Shown piece after piece: positions 20,219-28,979 of a stretch of DNA of 64,000 nucleotides (position 1 is the stretch's first letter; every line of letters begins with the position of its first letter). The notes below the pieces were generated by a model, which made no database searches, was not told the DNA's origin, and saw only the letters and a list, made by a program, of their open reading frames with translations. The translations under genes were made by a program, and so were the position numbers. Source of the stretch: Bacteroidota bacterium (GTDB lineage: Bacteria; Bacteroidota; Bacteroidia; 2-12-FULL-35-15); assembly GCA_023251805.1 (NCBI GenBank), contig JAHEYB010000006.1, forward strand, positions 4,123 to 68,122. The letters are read 5' to 3'.

Positions 20219-20360
20219 AGTTTTTGTTGTTTAGTTTAAATTAAATTAAAAATTTTTAATAATCAATTTTAAAATTCAGTGGTACAAAGATAAACATTAA
20301 TTCTAATCCAACAACTTATTAACAATATGTTTGTTTTTAACACTTAATTGTTAATAACCC

Positions 20361-21011
20361 CTAATCGCCCCATTCCTTATCCTCTAGCAAGGGAACGAAC
20401 TTGAACTCCCCATATTCAACCTTTTCGAACTTTTTAGGACCTACTTTCTTAATTAAGGTCATTATTTGAACCTTATCACCCAACGGAATCACCAAAATAC
20501 CCCCTATTTTAAGCTGATCAAGCAATGCATCCGGAATAATAGGGGCTCCTGCTGTTATAATAATCTTGTTGAATGGCGCGAAAATAGGCAATCCTTTGTA
20601 TCCATCACCATAAAAAAACTTGGGATTGTATCCAATTGTAGGCAAAAAAGCCTTTGTTAAGTCGAAAAGTGCTTTTTGGCGCTCTATCGTATACACTTTT
20701 ACGCCCATTTCCAGCAATACAGCCGTTTGATAGCCCGAACCTGTTCCAATTTCCAATACTTTTTCACCTTTTTTGAGTTCTAAAAGCTCTGTTTGAAAGG
20801 CAACGGTATGCGGCCGAGAAATTGTTTGTCCCGAGCCTATTGGAAAGGCAATGTCTTCATACGCTCTTTCTATAAAAGAACTATTTAAGAATAAATGTCT
20901 GGGAACTGCTTCAATTGCTTTTAACACCTCAGCACCTTCTATTCCTTTTTCTTTTAGCAAGACTGCTAATTGTCTTCTTAACCCTTTATGCCTGTATGTA
21001 TCGTTTGTCAT
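20361..21011 (-). CDS. pcm: Protein-L-isoaspartate O-methyltransferase
   Basis: VPRHLF, GQTISRP, VLEIGTGSGYQ, GDGYKG and FVPLL motifs. Confidence 0.95.
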   Translation of the reverse strand: MTNDTYRHKGLRRQLAVLLKEKGIEGAEVLKAIEAVPRHLFLNSSFIERAYEDIAFPIGSGQTISRPHTVAFQTELLELKKGEKVLEIGTGSGYQTAVLLEMGVKVYTIERQKALFDLTKAFLPTIGYNPKFFYGDGYKGLPIFAPFNKIIITAGAPIIPDALLDQLKIGGILVIPLGDKVQIMTLIKKVGPKKFEKVEYGEFKFVPLLEDKEWGD

Positions 21012-21118
21012 ATCTATTTCTAGGGCACGAAATTAACAATTGTCTACTTATAATTAAGAGTATTTTTTCAAGAAGCGATTGTGGAAAAAAGTATTTTTGT
21101 GGCAAATCAAGGTATTTT

Positions 21119-22126
21119 ATGATAAAAATAGGCGTTTTAGGAGCTGGTCATCTTGGCAAAATTCATATCCGTTTGTTAAAAGAAATAGAACAATATGAAC
21201 TCGTTGGTTTTTTCGATTCCAATGCAGAAGCAGCAAAAGAAGTGGAAAAAGAATTTGGAGTAAAAGCATTTAGTTCTATTGAAAGCCTTATCGAACAAGT
21301 GGATGCAGTTGATATTGTTACTCCAACTATTACCCATTATGAATGTGCCTCAAAAGCAATCAAAAGCTCAAAACATATTTTTATTGAAAAACCGGTTACC
21401 AATACAATTGAAGAAGCCAAAAGTTTAAAAGGCTTGTCAAAAGAAGCAAATGTGCATGTGCAAGTTGGGCATGTAGAAAGATTTAATCCTGCTTTTATTG
21501 CTGCACGAGATTTTTGTTCCAACCCAATGTTTATTGAAACACATCGATTGGCACAATTTAACCCAAGAGGAACGGATGTATCAGTGGTGCTGGATTTAAT
21601 GATTCACGACATTGATATTATTTTGAGTGTTGTAAAATCCAACATCAAGCGCATCAGCGCAAGCGGTGTGGCTGTTGTGAGTGAAACTCCGGATATTGCC
21701 AATGCCCGCATTGAATTTGACAACGGCTGTGTGGCCAACTTAACCGCCAGCAGAATTTCAATGAAAAATATGCGCAAATCACGCTTTTTTCAAAAAGATG
21801 CTTACATTTCGGTCGATTTTCTTGACAAAAAGGTAGACGTGATACGCTTAAACGATGTGGAAGGTGAAATTGACCCATTGGCAGTAACCATTGATTTGGG
21901 CCATGGCAAAGTTTCTAAACAAATTTATTTCGAAAATCCAACTATTTTACCCACCAACGCAATAAAAATGGAGCTCGAGACGTTTGCTGATTCAATAATC
22001 AGCAACACTACTCCTTTAGTAAGTATTGATGACGGTTATAAGGCTTTGGATGTAGCTTATAAAATAATTGAAAAAATGAAGCTAACATCTAATTTTGCTG
22101 AAGAACAAGGAGTATCAAACAATTAA
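21119..22126 (+). CDS. Gfo/Idh/MocA family oxidoreductase
   Basis: KIGVLGAGHLG, IEKP, VGHVERFNPA and DLMIHDID. Start placed at ATG 21119 because the longer ORF overlaps pcm. Confidence 0.9.
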   Translation: MIKIGVLGAGHLGKIHIRLLKEIEQYELVGFFDSNAEAAKEVEKEFGVKAFSSIESLIEQVDAVDIVTPTITHYECASKAIKSSKHIFIEKPVTNTIEEAKSLKGLSKEANVHVQVGHVERFNPAFIAARDFCSNPMFIETHRLAQFNPRGTDVSVVLDLMIHDIDIILSVVKSNIKRISASGVAVVSETPDIANARIEFDNGCVANLTASRISMKNMRKSRFFQKDAYISVDFLDKKVDVIRLNDVEGEIDPLAVTIDLGHGKVSKQIYFENPTILPTNAIKMELETFADSIISNTTPLVSIDDGYKALDVAYKIIEKMKLTSNFAEEQGVSNN

Positions 22127-22127
22127 A

Positions 22128-22997
22128 ATGAATTCAACTTACAAATTTTTTCTTTCCATTTGCATTTTTGCGACTGTCCTTATAAGTTCCTGCGAGCTGT
22201 ATAATCCCGCAGAGCCTATTCCCGGCTATATTCACATCGATAAATTTAATTTAAACACTACATATTCAACCGAGGGAAGTAATTCTCATAAAATTACCGA
22301 TGCTTGGGTTTATATTGATGACCAAATTGTGGGCTGTTTTGAATTGCCTGCTACTTTTCCGGTGATAGCAGAAGGCGTGCATAAAATAAAACTTATTCCC
22401 GGAATTAAAGTGAACGGAATTGCTTCCAATAGAGGTCAGTATCCATATTATACAAGTTATGAGCAAGACGTTAATTTTGAGGCTGGTAAGAGCATTACAT
22501 TAAGTCCTACTATAACATATAAATCCACAACAAATTTTGTATATCTCAACGATTTTGAAGCGGCAGGATTCACCATCGATACAACCAATTATTCTGATAC
22601 TACATTGCAACTATTAGTCTCGCCCGACCCGAATGTTTATGAAGGTGCAAAATCAGCTATTGGGTATACCGATGCCACTAAAACTCGCTTTGAGTGTGCA
22701 ACTACTTCCAACTTTGTTTTACCTCACGGTGGCGCTCCCATATTTCTTGAATTTAATTACAAATGCAATCATGAAGTAGTGGTGAGTATTATTGCTTATG
22801 GTACAGCGACTTTAGAGCAGTTTGAAGTTATTCGCTTAAACCCTAGTGCCAATTGGAATAAAATATATGTTTATTTAACGCCCACTGTTAGCGCCACCTA
22901 CTCTGCTGTTGATTACAAACTTGTTTGGGGAATGCACGACCAATCAGGCTCCGACAGCTCAGTTGTTTTACTGGATAACATCAAACTCATAAAATAA
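22128..22997 (+). CDS. Hypothetical lipoprotein
   Basis: Lipobox LISSC, followed by a carbohydrate-binding-like C-terminal part ending LLDNIKLIK. Start placed at ATG 22128, just after the upstream stop. Confidence 0.7.
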   Translation: MNSTYKFFLSICIFATVLISSCELYNPAEPIPGYIHIDKFNLNTTYSTEGSNSHKITDAWVYIDDQIVGCFELPATFPVIAEGVHKIKLIPGIKVNGIASNRGQYPYYTSYEQDVNFEAGKSITLSPTITYKSTTNFVYLNDFEAAGFTIDTTNYSDTTLQLLVSPDPNVYEGAKSAIGYTDATKTRFECATTSNFVLPHGGAPIFLEFNYKCNHEVVVSIIAYGTATLEQFEVIRLNPSANWNKIYVYLTPTVSATYSAVDYKLVWGMHDQSGSDSSVVLLDNIKLIK

Positions 22998-23028
22998 AGC
23001 AGACCGAATCTCCAAACGAAGATGTTTT

Positions 23029-24450
23029 ATGAATAAAAAGCTACAAGTCCTCAAATATCTTATTGCCGATATTTCAGCCGCAATGCTGGCTTGGGCATTG
23101 TTTTTTACTTTCCGAAAAATTTATATTGAAACTGCAAAATTTGGAAAACCTGTTCCTTTAGTTTATGACGAACAATACTATTGGGGCTTGGTTTTTATCC
23201 CAATTTTCTGGATATTGATGTATTACCTTACCGGAACGTACAAAGAAATCTATCGCAAGTCGCGTTTAAAGGAGATAGGACAAACGTTTTTACTTTCTAT
23301 TATTGGTGTTTTAATCATCTTTTTCGCGCTTTTGTTGGATGATGCAATTGTTTCCTACAAAAATTATTACCAAAGCATTATCACTCTTTTCCTTTTACAC
23401 TTTGGTTTTACAGCCTTTTTCAGAGTCATTCTTTCCTCTATTACCAATTACAGAATTCACAATAGAATTATTGGTTTTAATACGCTTTTGGTAGGAAGTA
23501 ATGAAAATGCTTTAAAACTTTTCACAGAGATGCAAAGTCAGCAAAAATCCTCCGGATATAAATTTGTAGGCTTTGTGCACATTGATAATAAAAATGGTTT
23601 CTCACAAGAGTTAAAAAAGACTTTACCTCACTTAGGTGAACTATCTGATTTAAAGAATCTTATAACTTCTCATAAAATCGAAGAGGTGATCATTGCCATT
23701 GAATCATTTGAACATGAAAATATAGGTAAAATTGTAAACGAATTGGACTATCGTGGACTCATCATCAAAGTGATTCCCGATATGTATGATATCTTATCAG
23801 GCTCCGTAAAAATGACCTCTATTTTTGGAGCACCATTGATTGAGATTTCCCGAGAGATAATGCCTACTTGGGAACAATCGCTAAAACGAATAATGGATAT
23901 TTCGGTGTCTTTAATTGTATTGCTGCTTTTCAGCTGGGTGTATATCATTGTTGCAATAGCAGTGAAAGTAACGTCCAAAGGGCCTATTTTTTACAGCCAC
24001 GAGCGCATCGGATGGCACGGAAAACCCTTTATGATACATAAGTTCCGTTCCATGCTCATTGATGCAGAAAAAGCTGGTCCGGCACTTTCAAGTAAACTAG
24101 ACCCGCGTATTACGCCTTTGGGCCGTTTTCTTAGAAAAGTTCGTTTGGATGAAATTCCTCAATTCTACAATGTTATTATAGGTGAAATGAGCATTGTTGG
24201 TCCACGCCCCGAACGACAATTCTTCATCGATCAAATTGTATTGAAAGCTCCTCACTACAAGCATTTGCATAAAGTACGCCCCGGAATCACATCGTGGGGA
24301 CAAGTAAAATATGGTTATGCCGAGAATGTAGAAGAAATGGTACAACGTTTAAAATATGATATCATTTACATCGAAAATATGTCTCTTGCAGTTGATGTAA
24401 AGATTTTAATTTATACTGCTTTGATTGTGATTCAAGGAAGAGGGAAGTAA
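23029..24450 (+). CDS. Polyprenyl-phosphate glycosylphosphotransferase (priming sugar transferase)
   Basis: Four N-terminal TM helices plus KRIMDI, KFRSM, DPRITPLGRFLRKVRLDEIPQF, GEMSIVGPRPE and RPGIT. Confidence 0.92.
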   Translation: MNKKLQVLKYLIADISAAMLAWALFFTFRKIYIETAKFGKPVPLVYDEQYYWGLVFIPIFWILMYYLTGTYKEIYRKSRLKEIGQTFLLSIIGVLIIFFALLLDDAIVSYKNYYQSIITLFLLHFGFTAFFRVILSSITNYRIHNRIIGFNTLLVGSNENALKLFTEMQSQQKSSGYKFVGFVHIDNKNGFSQELKKTLPHLGELSDLKNLITSHKIEEVIIAIESFEHENIGKIVNELDYRGLIIKVIPDMYDILSGSVKMTSIFGAPLIEISREIMPTWEQSLKRIMDISVSLIVLLLFSWVYIIVAIAVKVTSKGPIFYSHERIGWHGKPFMIHKFRSMLIDAEKAGPALSSKLDPRITPLGRFLRKVRLDEIPQFYNVIIGEMSIVGPRPERQFFIDQIVLKAPHYKHLHKVRPGITSWGQVKYGYAENVEEMVQRLKYDIIYIENMSLAVDVKILIYTALIVIQGRGK

Positions 24451-24451
24451 G

Positions 24452-24627
24452 ACTACAAATTACGAATTTTAACGAATTACGAATCTGTGTGTATTTTATT
24501 TGCCTTTGATTTAAAACCCAATCAATACTAATCTATAATTGTAAACATATATTTAATAATTTAGCAAAAATTAAATTCACATCGAATTACAATTATTCGT
24601 AATTCGTTAAAATTCGTAATTCGTAGT
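24452..24627. repeat. 33-bp inverted repeats built from TACGAAT heptamers flanking a ~110-bp spacer
   Basis: 24452-24484 ACTACAAATTACGAATTTTAACGAATTACGAAT matches the reverse complement of 24595-24627 with one mismatch. Confidence 0.85.
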
Positions 24628-24630
24628 AAC

Positions 24631-25533
24631 ATGAAGAACATCGCAGTAATCGGATCAGGAACTATGGGCAACGGAATTGCTCACACCTTCGCACAATTTG
24701 GCTACAACGTGGCATTAATTGATATTTCACAACCTGCGTTGGATAAGGCAATGGCGACCATTGCGAAGAACTTAGACCGCATTGTAGCTAAAGGCACCAT
24801 TACGGAGGCGGATAAAGCAGCAACGCTCAAAAACATTACAACATACACCGCTGTTGCAGATGGCGTAAAAAGCGCTGATTTAGTTGTAGAAGCCGCTACC
24901 GAAAATGTAGAAATCAAATTAAATATTTTTAGAGAATTAGATAAACTTTGTCCTCCAAATACCATTTTAGCAAGTAATACTTCTTCTATTTCCATTACAA
25001 AGATTGGAGCGGTTACAAAGCGAGCCGATAAAGTAATTGGAATGCATTTCATGAATCCAGTTCCTGTAATGAAGTTGGTGGAAGTAATTCGTGGCTACTC
25101 TACTTCTGATGAGGTGTGCAGCCTTATTATGGAAACTTCAAAAAAATTAAATAAAGTTCCTACAGAAGTAAACGATTACCCAGGATTTGTAGCAAACAAA
25201 ATATTAATGCCAATGATTAACGAAGCGATTATCACACTTCACGAAGGCACTGCTGGTGTTGAAGAAATTGATACCGTTATGAAATTGGGAATGGCGCATC
25301 CAATGGGTCCATTGCAATTAGCCGATTTTATTGGATTAGATGTTTGTCTTTCTATCCTAAAAGTTTTGCAAGATGGTTACGGCAATCCAAAATATGCACC
25401 TTGCCCATTGTTAGTAAACATGGTAACAGCAGGACATTTAGGAGTGAAATCCGGACAAGGTTTTTATTCCTGGGGACATGGCACTAAAGATTTAATTGTA
25501 GCGGATGGATTTAAGAAGAAGGTGATGGCTTAA
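24631..25533 (+). CDS. hbd: 3-hydroxybutyryl-CoA dehydrogenase
   Basis: VIGSGTMGNGIA, VEAATE, ASNTSSISIT, GMHFMNPVP and HPMGPLQLADFIGLD. Confidence 0.92.
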   Translation: MKNIAVIGSGTMGNGIAHTFAQFGYNVALIDISQPALDKAMATIAKNLDRIVAKGTITEADKAATLKNITTYTAVADGVKSADLVVEAATENVEIKLNIFRELDKLCPPNTILASNTSSISITKIGAVTKRADKVIGMHFMNPVPVMKLVEVIRGYSTSDEVCSLIMETSKKLNKVPTEVNDYPGFVANKILMPMINEAIITLHEGTAGVEEIDTVMKLGMAHPMGPLQLADFIGLDVCLSILKVLQDGYGNPKYAPCPLLVNMVTAGHLGVKSGQGFYSWGHGTKDLIVADGFKKKVMA

Positions 25534-25543
25534 AAATTTCAGG

Positions 25544-25563
25544 CCTGCCTACCGGCAGGCAGG
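25544..25563. repeat. 20-bp REP-like palindrome CCTGCCTACCGGCAGGCAGG
   Basis: Near-perfect GC-rich palindrome in AT-rich intergenic DNA. Confidence 0.7.
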
Positions 25564-25572
25564 TTTCAAATT

Positions 25573-25602
25573 AAAAGAGTTTCGATTACGGAGCTCTTTT
25601 TT
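25573..25602. terminator. Rho-independent terminator (likely bidirectional)
   Basis: AAAAGAGTTTCG-ATTA-CGGAGCTCTTTTTT between convergent genes. Confidence 0.7.
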
Positions 25603-25604
25603 AT

Positions 25605-26510
25605 TCAATCCATTTTAATAAATTTACTAGAAATAATAACTCCATTTATATTTTCAATAGAAACAAAGTAAATTCCGTTTTTAAATGTAGAAACGTCAAT
25701 GCTTGATTTTCCTTCTACACATGTTGATTTATAAATCTGCTTCCCAATTGCAGAATATATGCAACAATAAAACTGCTGATTAGATTTTTTTGTAAAAAAG
25801 TCAAATTCTAATGTACTTACAATTGGATTTTTTATCAATTTAAAATTGTTTTCTTTTTTTGATTCCTCAGTGATTCCTGTACCATAAGCACAAGCGCCAT
25901 ATACCTGAATACTATTTTCTATATAGCAATCCAAACTATATTCAAAATTCCCTACAAAACACCATGGCTCATCCCAGGTTCCAACAATACTTCCAATTCC
26001 TTCTATCCAAACATCTTTTTGTCCAGCAGAGTATCCAAGATGGATCTGTCTTCTATATGACCCACTAACTAAAATACTATCAACCAGCAAAACAGGAAAA
26101 CAATAATATCCGCAGGGCTGGCTATACGGATAAAAACAAAAAGTGTCGCCAAGATTTAGCCCAAAATCGTATTTGAGAATATCTATTGAATCATTTGGAT
26201 ATCTGCACCAAACCTTTTTTAATGTGTCCTCTCTATATGAGCCCAAATAGTTTGCAGTAGTAATGTTAAAAGCAGATTCTGTGCCAGTCCAGTTACCGTA
26301 AAATTTTGAATAAGTGAGTCCATCAATGATAGTATCACCATATAGACCATAATAAGTTGATGAGGATGTTGAAGGGAGAGGAAAAGCGGGAAATTGATAG
26401 CCAACCGAATTCCAGATCGCACTATCGCTACTTGTTGGAAATGGAAAATATGTTTGGGAAAGTAAATTAAGACTAAAAAATAATCCTACTAGAAGTGAAA
26501 TTTTTTTCAT
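25605..26510 (-). CDS. T9SS type A CTD protein
   Basis: Signal peptide, GDTIIDG..Y and WIEGIGS motifs, and C-terminal IDVSTFKNGIYFVSI..SKFIK. Confidence 0.8.
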   Translation of the reverse strand: MKKISLLVGLFFSLNLLSQTYFPFPTSSDSAIWNSVGYQFPAFPLPSTSSSTYYGLYGDTIIDGLTYSKFYGNWTGTESAFNITTANYLGSYREDTLKKVWCRYPNDSIDILKYDFGLNLGDTFCFYPYSQPCGYYCFPVLLVDSILVSGSYRRQIHLGYSAGQKDVWIEGIGSIVGTWDEPWCFVGNFEYSLDCYIENSIQVYGACAYGTGITEESKKENNFKLIKNPIVSTLEFDFFTKKSNQQFYCCIYSAIGKQIYKSTCVEGKSSIDVSTFKNGIYFVSIENINGVIISSKFIKMD

Positions 26511-26521
26511 GAGAATATTTC

Positions 26522-27139
26522 CTAAAACTGCCCATCCTCAATCATCCTAATTGCCATCTCAATGTTTTTTTCATCGCCATCGGCATCATAGTCGGATTTT
26601 AGGCTGGAGTTAAAAACAAGTGCTACACCTTGCCACATCGCAGCGGAAAAAGAACCTCTCATGCATTTCACCACATCGTAAGTCGTTCTTCCCGTTTCTC
26701 TATCAATTAGTTTTATTAAGATTCGTCCTTGTGTAACAGTTAAATTTTTCAATTCATCCCCAAACTCATCTTTCAATTGCTTTTCAGCCAACTTGGTGAA
26801 TGCTTTTCTATCTCTTTCATTGGGCATTGTTGCTAATACTCTGTCGTACTCTTTAATTTTAACAGACGCTAAAATCGCATAAGGATAAACCTTTTTCACA
26901 TTGTATTTTAATCTGTCCCAAGCTGCTTTTTGTCGGTATGTTTTAAAAGTACGATCAGCAGAGCATGTTACAACAGCTAATTTTCCGTAAGGAATGGTAT
27001 CGCCTTGGTAAAAAACAGTTTCCACTAATATTCCTTTTAAGTCGGGAACTGCTGCTTTTGGGTTAGAAGGAGTTTGAGCCATTCCTGAAAAGGAAATGAC
27101 TAAAAAAGATAAGAATACTATAACTATTCTTGTTGCCAT
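26522..27139 (-). CDS. DUF4294 family protein
   Basis: GDTIP, LKYNVKKVYPYA, LTVTQGRILIKLIDRETG and SLKSDYD. Confidence 0.8.
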   Translation of the reverse strand: MATRIVIVFLSFLVISFSGMAQTPSNPKAAVPDLKGILVETVFYQGDTIPYGKLAVVTCSADRTFKTYRQKAAWDRLKYNVKKVYPYAILASVKIKEYDRVLATMPNERDRKAFTKLAEKQLKDEFGDELKNLTVTQGRILIKLIDRETGRTTYDVVKCMRGSFSAAMWQGVALVFNSSLKSDYDADGDEKNIEMAIRMIEDGQF

Positions 27140-27235
27140 TTGGCGGTATTTACTAGTATAACGTGTTGGTTAGCTAAAAGTTGCTTGCTTATTGTAAATA
27201 TTTGTTAACTATTCCTTGGGCTTCGTAAAAATCAA

Positions 27236-27338
27236 CACCTCGATTAAGCTCAGTGTCACGTTTATAAAAAATCTCTGCGGTCCTCTGCGCCTTCTCCGCG
27301 GTCGGAGTTTATCCTGAGCGGAGTCGAAGGACGGTTAA
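27236..27338. repeat. Composite intergenic repeat: CTCTGCG units interrupted by a CTGAGCGGAGTCGAAG REP, plus a degenerate REP at 27236-27259
   Basis: ctctgcggtcctctgcgccttctccgcggtc[ggagtttatcctgagcggagtcgaagga]cggttaa. Confidence 0.7.
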
Positions 27339-27339
27339 A

Positions 27340-28815
27340 CTATCGATTATTTTTCCATTTGGAAACAGACTTTCCTTCTTCTGAAACTACATTCTGTGCT
27401 TTCGCTGAACCCATCAACTTAGCGCCAAACAATGCCGCTACAATAGCTTCATCCTCTTTCGTCTCCGAAAGCATCTCAGGAGAATAATGATGTTTGATAA
27501 AGTGTGTATCAAAATTTCCTGAGGTGAATGCTTTGTGCTTCAATACAAATTTACAAAAACTAAGGGTTGTTTCAACTCCTGTTATTTGATAATCATCAAT
27601 GGCTCTAATCATGCGACTAATCGCCTCTTCCCTATCTTTTCCAAACGTTACTAATTTTGCAATCATAGGATCGTAATAAATTGGAATGTCCATTCCTTCT
27701 TCAAAACCATCATCTACACGTACTCCTAGCCCTTGCGGACGCTTATACGTTACTAATTTTCCGATATCGGGTAAAAAATTATTCGTTGGATCTTCAGCAT
27801 ACACACGTACTTCTACGCTATGTCCGTTTATTTTTAAATCTTCTTGTTTAAACGATAATTTTTCTCCGCGCGCTACTTTGATTTGTTCTTTTACTAAATC
27901 TAGTCCGGTTATCATTTCTGTAACAGGATGTTCCACTTGCAAACGGGTGTTCATCTCTAGGAAATAGAAATTTTTATTTTCATCCAATAGAAACTCTACA
28001 GTTCCTGCTCCCACATAATCACATGCTTTACCAACATTCACAGCACATTCGCCCATCGCTTTTCGAATTTCAGGAGTTAAAACCGAAGACGGTGCTTCTT
28101 CAATCACTTTCTGGTGGCGTCTTTGAATGGAACATTCCCGTTCAAATAAATAGACAATATTTCCATGTGTATCACCTAAAATTTGAATTTCGATGTGACG
28201 CGGACCGGCCACATACCGTTCGATAAATACAGAACCATCGCCAAAAGCAGACGTAGCTTCACTTACCGCCAAGTTCATTTGTTCCTCAAACTCTTCAATA
28301 TTTTCTACAATGCGCATTCCTTTTCCTCCGCCTCCGGCACTTGCTTTAATCAATAAAGGGAAACCTGTTGCCAATGCCACTTCTTTTCCTTCTTTCACTG
28401 AAGTGATTGCACCTTCGGAACCGGGAACCATCGGAATTTTATATTTTTTTGCTGCTGCTTTCGCAGATAACTTATCACCCATCATGTTCATTGCTTCAGG
28501 AGAAGGGCCAATAAACGTGATACCGGCTTTTTTTACTTTTGCAGCAAAGTCAGCATTTTCAGAAAGAAAACCATAACCCGGATGAATGCCTTGTACTTTC
28601 AACTGTTTACAAACTTCAATAATTTTATCGCCCAGCAAATAAGATTGATTGGAAGGTGGTGGACCAATGCACACCGCCTCATCAGCATACTTCACAAAAG
28701 GTGCATTTCTATCCGCTTCGGAATAAATAGCAACGGTTTGAATACCCATTTCTCTGCAGGAACGCATTACACGCAATGCAATCTCTCCTCTGTTGGCTAC
28801 TAATATTTTGTTCAT
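27340..28815 (-). CDS. accC: Acetyl/propionyl-CoA carboxylase biotin carboxylase subunit
   Basis: ILVANRGEIA, HPGYGFLSEN, GGGGKGMR, ECSIQRRHQK and EMNTRLQVEHPVTE. May be the propionyl-CoA carboxylase paralog. Confidence 0.85.
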   Translation of the reverse strand: MNKILVANRGEIALRVMRSCREMGIQTVAIYSEADRNAPFVKYADEAVCIGPPPSNQSYLLGDKIIEVCKQLKVQGIHPGYGFLSENADFAAKVKKAGITFIGPSPEAMNMMGDKLSAKAAAKKYKIPMVPGSEGAITSVKEGKEVALATGFPLLIKASAGGGGKGMRIVENIEEFEEQMNLAVSEATSAFGDGSVFIERYVAGPRHIEIQILGDTHGNIVYLFERECSIQRRHQKVIEEAPSSVLTPEIRKAMGECAVNVGKACDYVGAGTVEFLLDENKNFYFLEMNTRLQVEHPVTEMITGLDLVKEQIKVARGEKLSFKQEDLKINGHSVEVRVYAEDPTNNFLPDIGKLVTYKRPQGLGVRVDDGFEEGMDIPIYYDPMIAKLVTFGKDREEAISRMIRAIDDYQITGVETTLSFCKFVLKHKAFTSGNFDTHFIKHHYSPEMLSETKEDEAIVAALFGAKLMGSAKAQNVVSEEGKSVSKWKNNR

Positions 28816-28979
28816 AAAATGTTGATTAATAAATGAATGCTTTCCCTGTCAAAAAAATATATTTGTGAAAGGTCAATCCGCTTCATTTGAAGCTGTACAA
28901 ACCTAGTAAAAAAAGTTTTTATCGTGCTTGAATATTTGAACTCAATATCAACAAAATGATTATCCCAAAATAAACTATT

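Noticed and set aside
20915-21118. 68-aa N-terminal extension of the Gfo/Idh/MocA ORF
   Set aside because: It overlaps pcm and the divergent promoter gap. The Rossmann motif begins right after ATG 21119.
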